Source of the DNA: Calcarisporiella thermophila CBS 279.70
Lineage: Eukaryota > Fungi > Calcarisporiellomycota
Assembly (NCBI RefSeq): GCF_041956535.1
Contig: NW_027192229.1
Location: 42,848 to 106,847 of the forward strand
DNA: 64,000 nt
Direction of reading: 5' to 3'
Shown: positions 11,151 through 21,900 of the stretch, piece by piece
Layout: every line of letters starts with the position of its first letter
Position numbering within the stretch: the stretch's first letter is position 1
The notes under the pieces: generated by a model
Database searches by the model: none
Told to the model about the DNA's origin: nothing
What the model saw: only the letters and a program-made list of their open reading frames with translations
Made by a program: the position numbers and the translations under genes

Positions 11151-13620
11151 ATGAAGAATCTACTATATCCATCTCCTTACCTCGCTGAACAGCTTCGCTT
11201 GAAATATTTTGACCTTACTGGTCATTTTCTCGTTAGTGAAGGATTGGTCTCAAAGCCTGCCAACACGATGGCCACAACAGATACATCGGCGAACTTCTTC
11301 AGAGGCTTCCGCTCTTTGGGCGTTGGCCAGTTCCGCAAGATTACGCTGTGGACTCTCCAGGATTTATTCTTTCTACTGTTTATCGCTAAAATTAAAAGTG
11401 ATATTTCCAAAAATCCTGAACATAAGTTCCAGTCCCATAGTGAGCTTCCTTATAGTAAGTTTTTAACTTTAATTTTAGCTTCTGTCAATAACCTTAATGC
11501 CTAAATTTAAAACGCTTCTTTCGTTTTTAGATGGTGGTCACGAGGCATCAGATATAAAAGAATATCTACGACGCCTGGTCAAAAACATATTTTTGCCTGA
11601 ATATGCTATCGACAGTACTGATAAGGATCTTGCGGATAATGCAAATTCTATCATTGAAGATGCGTTTTCCTCACAAAGCGTGGGTAAACTCGTCAAAATT
11701 ATGCTGGAAGCTGTGCAACTTATTGCAGCAGCGTTTGCCCGATGGGAATGCGCCAAGACCCTTGTGCCGATTGACGTATCCCCTGATGCCAGAGAACCGA
11801 GCTTGGTCAACTTTGTAATTAGCGAAGAAGTCAATCGAATTATTTTTGCTTGGCGGTACCCACTTGAAGGTGACCTCCTTGCTGCCGTTTCGCAAATGCT
11901 ACAAATTGCTCGAGATGAATCTCGTCAACTTCATCCAGTCGAGTACATCTTCCTTCACCTGGCGTATCAACAGCTAGCCAACGGAGAATTACCTAAGGAC
12001 ACCCAGACTCGTTTCTTGGGCACCTCCGGATTCCGTCGAGATACCCAAACCTATATGTCGTTGACCGATCCTGGTGATGGTCACATCTTCGGAACTTCTC
12101 GTTATAATGAATGGATGCGAGGAGCTATTGTTCACGTGGGTATGATATTGAACACATTTATTCATAGCATGGCTCAGGTTTTATTAACATTTAACATTTC
12201 ACAATTACTTGGCAGAACATTTGGAACGCCCCAACCATTTTCCCCGTGAAATGATTGAATCCTACCGTATTTCCTCAATCCTCGATTTCGCCAGAACCCG
12301 CCTTCATGTTGGTTCAAATGCTCCTATCACGGTGAATTTGTTATTCTGATATGATTTCAATTATCCAATCCCGACTTATGCATTTTCCACAATTTCAATA
12401 GTATTTTGTTGGACGCATGCTGAAAGATTATGGCAAGTTTGATCTAGACTTTATCAAAGTAGTTAACACGACATCTGCTGCTGCAACGGTAAATAGAATT
12501 GATCCGAGAGATCAAAATTCCCATTTATTGATTCGGTTATTTTGCGTCCATTTAGAGTGCATTTCAACTAGGAGCTGCAGAGTGCAAAGTTGCTATGGAC
12601 GGTTTGACAACCTCTCAAATGGTCCGATACATGAAGGGCTTATCAGGGCATACCCTTCGCAATTGCAAGCAGTATCTTTCCGCCGCGTTCAACCTCAACA
12701 CTCCTCTTGTGGACGATTTGCCTCCTTATACGGCTGAAGATCCGAAAATCTATACAAACCAAAGAGAGATTGGTTTGCGTGGCATTGAATTGGCAGCCAT
12801 GAGTGGATTCGATAAGGTAACCTGGGATGGTGCTAGCGATTCATATCCTAGCAAATGTGTTATGGAGCAACTTGGGTTCCAGGACGCTCTTGAACTCGTC
12901 CATCGCGCTCATGAACAAGGATTGGTTACCTATTTTTCCGCTGGATTCAAGTTCCACAATATTGAACTGGTGGTATATACTGGTGTTGACGGGGTTGGCA
13001 TCGGGGGAGCTCAGATCTTACGTTTCATGGACCACCAGACAGGCATGCACGGCCCTTATCTCGACGAAAATATCCCAGAAATCCTGCGTTATCGTGATGA
13101 CGCCGCTGCTACTATTCGTGGCCGTGGTGTGCATATACTCACCCGGTTAGATCGCATGTACTTTGAGGGCTCTATCACTGAACAACAGAACAGTCTTCGC
13201 CTGGATCTTTACGATGCTCTCTACAACGTAGATGAAACTAAAATTGAAGAGCTTCTTAATCAACTTGAATCTGTCGCACGTATGCCGGACGACGGTGAGA
13301 CCCCATACAACGCATATGCCAAGCGACTTGTCCAAAGCGAAAAGCCGCTCCTTTCGAATTACCTAGACCAATCTGAGTGGCAGTCTTGGATTGAAAAGTT
13401 GACCAAATTAATAGGGTGGGGTAATGAGGCCGAAATTGTGGAAGAATACATGGGAGAGACCTGGATGCATCTCCGCAAGAAGTACCGGCATACTTTACAT
13501 AGGGTAAGTTTAGAATTAACTAGCTGAAGAAAAATAAATTCCAATCTAATCATTAATATCTCTTTAACATCTCTACTTTAGCGTCGGTCTTTCCTCTTTA
13601 AAGCAAAGATCTCATCCTAA
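11151..13620 (+). CDS. Uncharacterised ~700-aa protein with a TIM-barrel (MfnB/class I aldolase-like) domain, 6 exons
   Basis: Exons 11151-11454, 11531-12139, 12216-12331, 12402-12488, 12556-13503 and 13582-13620 are all GT-AG bounded and splice to 2103 nt in frame. Barrel-like motifs GAAECKVAM, GFDKVTWDG, AHEQGLVTYFSAG and GVDGVGIGGA. Confidence 0.75.
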
Positions 13621-15930
13621 GTATATATGGATAATGGAAATTTCACTGATTGTCATTTGATATTTTGTTATTTTGATACTCTCTTGTCGCTTATATTTTA
13701 TATTTACGTTCAATGTATATCTATGAATAAATTTCAAAGAATTATTATATCTACTTAATTAATGGTTCAAGTTCAAAACAGTGAGCAGTTTTCCTCCCTA
13801 CAAAGAGTGTGGAGCCACACTCAGCATTGCAAAAATACTCTTTGGTTATAAAAGCTAATTTCTATTCTCATGCCACTATTAGCCTGCACAAATTGGAGAT
13901 TTTAAGCTAGATCAGAAACACTGAATCTAGAAGTTGATAATTCAAAATTTCAGGGATGTCTACAGTTGTATCGCTAAAATTTCAAGCAACATAATATCGA
14001 GCTACACAATATTCAATACTTGGGGTTGTTTGTTTCAAAAAGAATTAGTTGCGATTAAGAATATCAGAGTTCGATTTTGGTATAACCTACTCGTTACTTA
14101 TGTCTGCAGTTAGCATTTAAGCAGCCTTGTGCATCGCTATATACACATCGTACACTTCTTATAGGATTGAAATTCATATTAGACCAACCAACAGCATCGT
14201 CACATGTTTCACAGGAAGAGTAATTATCATTGGTATAAAGAATAGACAATATGAATTTAATAATAAAAATAGAAGATTGGTGAGAAATTTCCAAGCTAAT
14301 TATGTTTTAAAAATGATTCAATAAGTGTGATTTCAAAGATCGAACTTCATCGATGCACCTTTTGAGAAAGGTTACAATAAAAACAAACTAAATAATAGCA
14401 ATGTCACACCAAATAGACAATGAAGAACCTCGTCTCATATATTGTGTAGATGAGCTGTTCCTCAGGATAACTAATAACGAATTCCTTCTACATGTTCGCA
14501 CTGAAAAATAAATTCTCATTACTTTATTTATCGATAAAAGGAAGATTTTAATATAATTTTCATCATCTTCACACATAGAGGACTGTAATCGTAAGAGAAA
14601 CACCTGGTATATAATAGAAGTTCGGGAGCAACGTTTGTTGTTCTAAAAGGAAATGGATTAACTATGCTAATGAACGACTATCACTCGCCAAGACTTTCTC
14701 CTTTTTTAAATGCTGTTGCAAACTTCGCTATCCTATTATAAAATTTTAGGAGATTCAAATGTGGATAAAGTTGTCGTTGTCAAAACTAATTAGCTTATAA
14801 GGACTCAAAAATAAATCCTAAAGGCGAGTATTTTGGTAGGTATTGGGTTTAATTTATACAATTATTAAACATTGAAGTAACTATTAGTTGTTGTAAGTAT
14901 TTTTGTAATTATATAAGTAGATTTTAGAGTTGACTGGAAAATAAATAAAACGCTTATAGAAGAAGGGCAAGTATTGAAAGTAGTTTTTTTGGGAAAACAA
15001 TAACCAGCGACAGCAAATTCATTGCGCTAAAAATGTGAGGTGGATGGATATTCACAGAGTTATTAGCTCCCGAAAATATCTATAATAAAGTAGATCCAGA
15101 TAAAAGACCAATTAGATTTCATAATTTTTTTATAATTCCATCTAATTCTTTGTGGAATTTCCCAAATGGATATCCTAGATTTTTCGTATAATAAGACTTA
15201 CTTAGCTAATGTCCACACGGAAAACCTATTTTAGGAAATATACAAGAGTCACAAACAATTCCATTGAATTTCTGGCGCAGATACAGGGTTATTATATAAT
15301 AAACAAATGATGATAATGAGACGCTTTTTGTCTAATTTCTAACCATGAAGGTTGTAGAGATAAAAGATAACGTGAAATATAGTTCGCAATAGAATATATG
15401 TAGATTGATATAATAGGTATTCATGGTGATTGCTTCTTTACCTGTATTCAACAATATATTATACTATGCAAATAAATCGCACAATCACTGAATTAAATAT
15501 GCCTAATATCTATTTTACTCTAATCCTCCTTTTACAAGAATAAAAGTCTTTTGCTTATAATTAAATAGAGGCATTAGAGCAATAGCTTTAATACCAAGTA
15601 TTAGTAGAGATAAATAATCTGGCCCGTCTATAAATATTAAGTAATAGATAAATTGATCTGAAACGGAAAATACTCCTTGGCTCTCGAATTTCAAAATAGA
15701 AGCTGGATTTCAAAGCTTTGCAGAAATTTGGCATTCTTCTGTAATACGTTCTTCGATCCAGACTAGGAATTAATAAGCTGGGGTGAATTTGGACCTCCGA
15801 TAGTAACCATATCTATGAGGAAGCAGTATCGTGCTCCTTATATTTAATAGCCTAATCTTGCAAATGTCGCCAGAAAATTTGCATATAATACCTGTTTATT
15901 CTGTAGTGAGCATTATTTATTTGTATCAAT

Positions 15931-16734
15931 ATGCAACCTATTTCTCTCATCCAAGGACGCATCGCTCTTTCATTTCACCTTGTTTCTGGTGAAGTGGTTA
16001 AGAATGTCTTGCAGCAGCTTGGTTACGATGTTGAGGTGCAGACAGCCTCGCACGAAGAGATGTTCGAACGACAGAGAAGTGGCGACATTGATATACTCAT
16101 TGGCTGGTTAGAGGGATCTCATGGAAAGTACCTGGACGCGTATAGAAATGAGTCAATAGTTCTTCCTGGACCCGTGTACCAGCCCTATTGCATATGGGGC
16201 GTGCCTGAATATGTTCCTGAAGAGGCTGTTCAATCCGTGTCAGATTTGCTGAAGCCCGAGGTTGCCGAGAAAATGGCTAAATGCATTCAAGGAATCAATC
16301 CTGGGGCGGGCATTTCGCGTTTCTCGCAAGAAATAATCAAGGATTATGGATTGGATCACCTGGGTTATTTTTTCCAGCCTGGGACTGAGGAACAATGCTT
16401 CGGAGCCCTTGAAAATGCTTACTTGACAAAACAATGGCTGGTCATTCCTCTATGGCATCCTCAATTCCTTCATCAAACCTATAAAATTCGACCTTTGAAA
16501 GAACACAAGCGATTGCTGCGCGGAGTGGACCAGGCTCAGATAATCATTCACAAATCTGCGGCTCACAAATTCTCGCAAAAGGCCATTGATGTATTAAGTC
16601 GTATTCAAATCAGCAACCAAGGTGTTACCTATATGGATTATCTTTACAACCGAAAAGGATTGTCTGTACCTCAGGCAGCTCAGAAATGGATAAGTGAAAA
16701 TCAAGAATTGTATAATTCATGGTTTCAGGCATAA
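15931..16734 (+). CDS. Glycine betaine/choline ABC-transporter substrate-binding protein (OpuAC/ProX family), intronless, no signal peptide
   Basis: 267-aa ORF with LSFH, GDIDILIGWL..SH, WGVPEYVP, IQGINPGAGI and WLVIPLWHPQF, matching the bacterial OpuAC pattern. Confidence 0.88.
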   Translation: MQPISLIQGRIALSFHLVSGEVVKNVLQQLGYDVEVQTASHEEMFERQRSGDIDILIGWLEGSHGKYLDAYRNESIVLPGPVYQPYCIWGVPEYVPEEAVQSVSDLLKPEVAEKMAKCIQGINPGAGISRFSQEIIKDYGLDHLGYFFQPGTEEQCFGALENAYLTKQWLVIPLWHPQFLHQTYKIRPLKEHKRLLRGVDQAQIIIHKSAAHKFSQKAIDVLSRIQISNQGVTYMDYLYNRKGLSVPQAAQKWISENQELYNSWFQA

Positions 16735-17071
16735 ATCAACATTTAATGACATATTGAACTTTTAAACCTCAGGTTTTGTATCTCATGATGTATTACATTA
16801 AATATCGAATATTTAAAAAAAAAAATAAAAGACAATCTATCCATCCTTAGAAAAACATTTCGGTCATATTGCCAGCAATTGGCATTATGTTCTAGTATGC
16901 GAAAATCGCATACAGTAATTTAATATTTTCAAGCTTTCTCCATCACCTTACTTTTAAACAGGCTGACGTCCACATAGGCACAACTATTGCAAACTAGTTA
17001 GTTTCCTTGGGATCATAGATCTCAATGGATCACATTATTTTAATAGCAGTTTGTTAAATATATACAGAGGT

Positions 17072-17893
17072 TTATCTTACTAATGGAGTAAGAGTGGGAC
17101 GATAATAATAGAGTTTTGTTGAGGGGCAATCTATGATAGAACTACCAGTATTTACTATCGTGGTGCGACATACAACGCTGCATTCTTGCGTCGTAGAGGG
17201 TTGTGGCAAGAAGATAATATATTCTAGATTATCCGGACAACCTGCCATATATGTGAACTGGCCACTAATGACAGGGCAGACAGGGTATGTTGAGGATGAG
17301 ATTGAGAATAGTGTTGTGGTTTGCGTTGGCTTTAGTGTTGGAGTTAGTATCGGCGTTATTGCTGTTGGTGAAGGTGAACTAATTGAGGTTTCTAATAAGA
17401 TGGCTGTTAATGGAGTCGAGATCGATGATTCTGAGGTTGTTTGCTGCAAACATGTAGTGACAGCATCGTTGCACTCGTCACACACTACGGGTTCGGCAGG
17501 TTCGGATGGCAAAGCTGTGTCTGGTGTAGTGTTAGAAGTCGTGCCTCGGGTAAGACTGGAAGTTGTGTTAAGAGTATTTATGGATGCCGTTTCAGAGATT
17601 GAGAGTCGATTTTGCGGTTTTCCATCATTGATGATCTGATTCAAGCTTCCGCTGTGCTTACCACTATTTATATCATCAAAATGATGATTCTTATTCAAAG
17701 AGTATTCATAATCAATCCTTATTTCTGGATCCACTAATCTAGTGCCGCTTACCTCTCCAATCTGTTGGCTTCCGCCTACAATATTGCTAAGACCAATGCT
17801 AATGCCCCGAGGAGAAATAATGGGCTTTAAGATTGAACAATTTGCAAGAGCAATGAGATAAGGAATAACTATAATAACGCAAGCGTTTCTCAT
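17072..17893 (-). CDS. Secreted Ser/Thr-rich (mucin-like) protein with Cys-rich motifs, hypothetical
   Basis: Single ORF; the alternative start at 17944 is also possible. MRNACVIIVIPYLIALANC resembles a signal peptide. Long S/T/P tracts, a CDECNDAVTTC motif and a C-terminal Cys domain. Confidence 0.6.
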   Translation of the reverse strand: MRNACVIIVIPYLIALANCSILKPIISPRGISIGLSNIVGGSQQIGEVSGTRLVDPEIRIDYEYSLNKNHHFDDINSGKHSGSLNQIINDGKPQNRLSISETASINTLNTTSSLTRGTTSNTTPDTALPSEPAEPVVCDECNDAVTTCLQQTTSESSISTPLTAILLETSISSPSPTAITPILTPTLKPTQTTTLFSISSSTYPVCPVISGQFTYMAGCPDNLEYIIFLPQPSTTQECSVVCRTTIVNTGSSIIDCPSTKLYYYRPTLTPLVR

Positions 17894-18974
17894 AATAACG
17901 ACTCTTAAAAATTCAAAATCAAACTTTTGTTGTGTTGCCGTCATCCAAGAATTTTTATATCCCTGCGACTGTTTAGAATTGGCAAATTTAAAAAATGACC
18001 CTCCATGGAATAATGCTTGTTTGGCACAAAATTTAATTGTCCCAAATAAATCATTAATGTAAAAATATATATATGGGAAATTGTTATTTTATCTATATGT
18101 TGAGTAACGTATAGTTTTATAATACATACATCAATAACTTTAAATTTAAAATATATTCATTGATTTTAATATAATTCTTTTATTGCAACGGGGGAGTCGA
18201 AAATTGAGGCATGGGGTCATGTTGAAATGGATTATTACTTGGGTCTATAGATGGAATTCGGGGATCCTGAAGTCTATTTCTGAATACTTCCCCCATGTAC
18301 AAATCAGAAATGACTACCACAATGATGTCCATAACATCACGAAATTGTATAGATTATTTCTAGGAAAATAGTTGGATAATTAGTTTACATATGTACGATG
18401 TTACATAGACTGGATTTTTTTTTAACATTGCATTCAATTCGGGTGATTCAAATTTCATATCTATCAATCGCACTCGTTTTCAATCTCCAAAATATATAAC
18501 CTCTTCTTACGATCCCAATGAATTTGGACACTTGTTTTCTTGAAGTTTATTTCACAAAATATGGGAAGAATTAGCTATTTTCAATAGAGGTCCATTCTCT
18601 CTATAGAATTATCATATGTCAGATGCTTGATATTTGGTTTGCTAACTGCGCAGAAGACTCCTGAGAATTTGCTAATAGTAATTTTCAATATAATTTTAGA
18701 CACTTTTATTCATCCTTCTGCTTTCTCATCCTAAATCCTCTAGCATGTGGCCTTGACACATGAGCACACATACACAAAAACTCGATAATCAAATATATAA
18801 GAGTAGGAAATAAAAAAAACTCTACGAAACCACACCACAAAAAAATAAAAAATAAAAATCAAACTTGTACTTTTCTTGTAATAAAAATAGGATTTTACGA
18901 ATTCCACAAACCTTGACTCATCAATAAATCTTGGGAAACTTATGGTCAAAGAGTTCGCAAGTATCTCCACATGC

Positions 18975-21900
18975 TTATTTCTTTTGAGTCGAATTAGGAC
19001 CACCATAGGACGGGCTCATTGGACGATAAGATGGGCTGGTGGGACTGTAGGAGGGCGAAGTAGGGGAGTAGGAAGGATTTGCAGGAGAGTAGGATGGACT
19101 GGTTGGGGAGTATGAAGGGCTGGTGGGAGAATAAGATGGGCTTGTGGGCGAATAGGAAGGGCTAGTGGGGCTGTAAGAAGGACTTGTTGGTGAATAAGAC
19201 GGGCTCGTGGGTGAGTACGATGGGCTCGTCGGTGAATATGTAGGGCTCGTCGGCGAGTAGGATGGACTCGTGGGCGAGTATTTTGGTGATGTGGGTGAGT
19301 ATTTAGGAGAAGTTGGTGAGTAGGAAGGACTCGTTGGGGAATATGACGGGCTTGTGGGGGAATAGTTTGGAGATGTGGGAGAGTAATTGGGTGACGTGGG
19401 GGAGTAGGATGGGCTAGTGGGAGAGTATGAAGGGCTTGTGGGAGAGTAAGAGGGACTGGTTGGAGAGTACGATGGACTTGTTGGAGAGTACGACGGGCTC
19501 GTTGGAGAATAGGATGGACTAGTGGGCGAATATGAAGGGCTGGTGGGAGAATAGGAGGGGCTGGTTGGAGAGTAGCCTGGAGATGAGGGGCTGTAAGCAG
19601 GGCTTGCGGCATAACCTGGAGAAGAGGGGGAGTATCCGGGACTCGCGGGAGAATAGCCCGGGCTTGTCGCTCCATATGGGCTCATTCCGCCGCTCCATGG
19701 ACTGGCCGCCCCCACTCCATAACCACCTGTCTCTGCAATGGGTGAGAACATTGCATTCTCCGCCACACCAGGCCTATAGTATTCTGCAAAGTGACCAGGA
19801 GAGCGTGCCTCGTATGGCGTCTGCTGGGGAGTCATCGAGCCGCCCATAGGAGTGTAGCTGCCAGCTCCTACAGTGCCGAGCGTGGCCACATGGGTTGTTG
19901 GTACCACATTTTGAAGCATAACTTCGTCAAGCATCACATCAAAGCTGCCTGTGCCCAATGGAGCCAACTGCCCGAGCATGATGTTCTCAGATACTCCTCG
20001 GCAATCATCCAGCTCTCCTACTGCAGCAGCCTCCAACAAAATCTCAACTGTTTCTTCGAAGGAACATCGCATAAGGGCACCCGTCTCTGCACGGTTGATT
20101 CCGTGACGAGTAATGGCCATCAAGTGCCCATGCATCGTCATCACATCGCAGAGCAAGGCCAAGTGACGGTAATTGACGTAGGATGCATCAAATTCAATAA
20201 CAGCACGCAATTCCTTAAGAAGCGCAGCACGAGTAGCCTCGATGCCAAGCACATCCATAATTTCAAGACAATTGTTTGAGTAGGTTCGGCGATGGTCAAC
20301 ACCCTCTTGGCAAAGGACCTTCTGGAGGTTACTTCCCGTAGTTTCAAGAACCCACTCGTTGACCTTGTCAAAGGTGCCGTCCTCACGACGTACTACTTGG
20401 GACTTTTCAACCATAAATACTCTTTCAATACCCTCAATACCACGCAGTGATATAGAGCTCAACATGTTACTCTCGATACGACGCAAGAATACGTCTTCCT
20501 CTATTCTTCCAGATTCATCCATACCCTCGTCCTATTGTTTGAATGGAGTGCAATTGAAAATAAATAAATAGCGTTTATGTAAACGCAGTTTCAAGCAAAA
20601 AAATACCTTTTCCATGCCATCCTCGTGCATAATACGACATCTAATTACGAGATTCTCCATGTTATCATCACTGCAGATGACGTGCAAATCATTCTTGAAG
20701 TCATCGTTAATGCGGTTAGTTACATCAAGCATGCTCAAGTTTTTATCGATCATCATAGCTCTGTTGAGTATAATACGCAAGAGCCATGGCGAAACATTAT
20801 TTATTACGGCCGGGTTGTCGCTCTATAAAAATCAGCTAATTTCAGAAATCAATCGAGCGAGTAAGCGATGTATCACAAATTACCTCGAGCGCGTAGTAAG
20901 CTTCTGTAAACTCTTTATCCTCTTCGATGATAGTGTTCTCAATGTCAGGATCGTAATAAATCTCAGTTGCTTTAGTAATCTTTTGCAGGGTAGTGTGTTC
21001 GAGTGCGACCTGAACTTCCTTTGCGAGCTCCATATTACGAGCGCGGTCAGGAACAAGATACACAGTCAGGATGGGGGTCTTGATATTCTTTGCCACGTTG
21101 ATAATTTCCTTCAAACGAGGGACACCAAGCGTTACGTTTTTACTCGATACACCAGCATAATGGAAAGTATTAAGCGTCATTTGCGTGGCAGGTTCTCCAA
21201 TGGATTGTGCAGCAATGGTTCCAACCATCTCACCAGGATGCACCATGGCCAAATTGAATCTACTCTCAATCTCACCAAGGATCCATTCAAATGCAGCGGT
21301 GTTCAGGTGGAACTCCTCAATTACTCGCTTAGCAGCAAAAGTTGCGCGAAGCAGTGTCTGGAAGAGGAGGGTTGCGTTTTGCTGAGCACCCAGACTGATC
21401 GGGTCGCTACCGCGAACGACAACTAGGCGTTCCGCGAGATCTCGTACACTAGTAACAATCTGCTGTGGATGGATGTTACAAGGTTTCTTTGGATCAATGT
21501 GGAAAATGGTCTGCGCATTCCAAATCAATCGTTTTAGATTCACAGGCAACCAGCAGTCTGCGTCACCCTTAGGGAAAACGAAATCGCGTAGGAGATTTCG
21601 GTCCTCCTCCAATCGATCAAACTCGGCGTTGAGAAGTGCCTGAGTGTCTGCATCCCCATCAATTTCTGACAGAACTCCAATATCGAGAGTGCCGGGTTTG
21701 AAAGAACGCGAACGATCCATCACATCGACCCGGTATTTCTTCTCAAAGTTTTTATCAGAAAGCTTGAGAGAATCAATGGTCTGTTTCTCAACATGCCCAC
21801 CATCCATTCCATCCTCGCCGTAGCAGAATTGGATGACTTCACCAAGCGAATTGCGCACAGTTCCATCATAGCTGGCCATGACATCTTCCAGGGCTTTTAC

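Noticed and set aside
17133-17639. 168-aa Val/Gly-rich plus-strand ORF
   Set aside because: Antisense shadow of the Thr/Pro-rich secreted protein.
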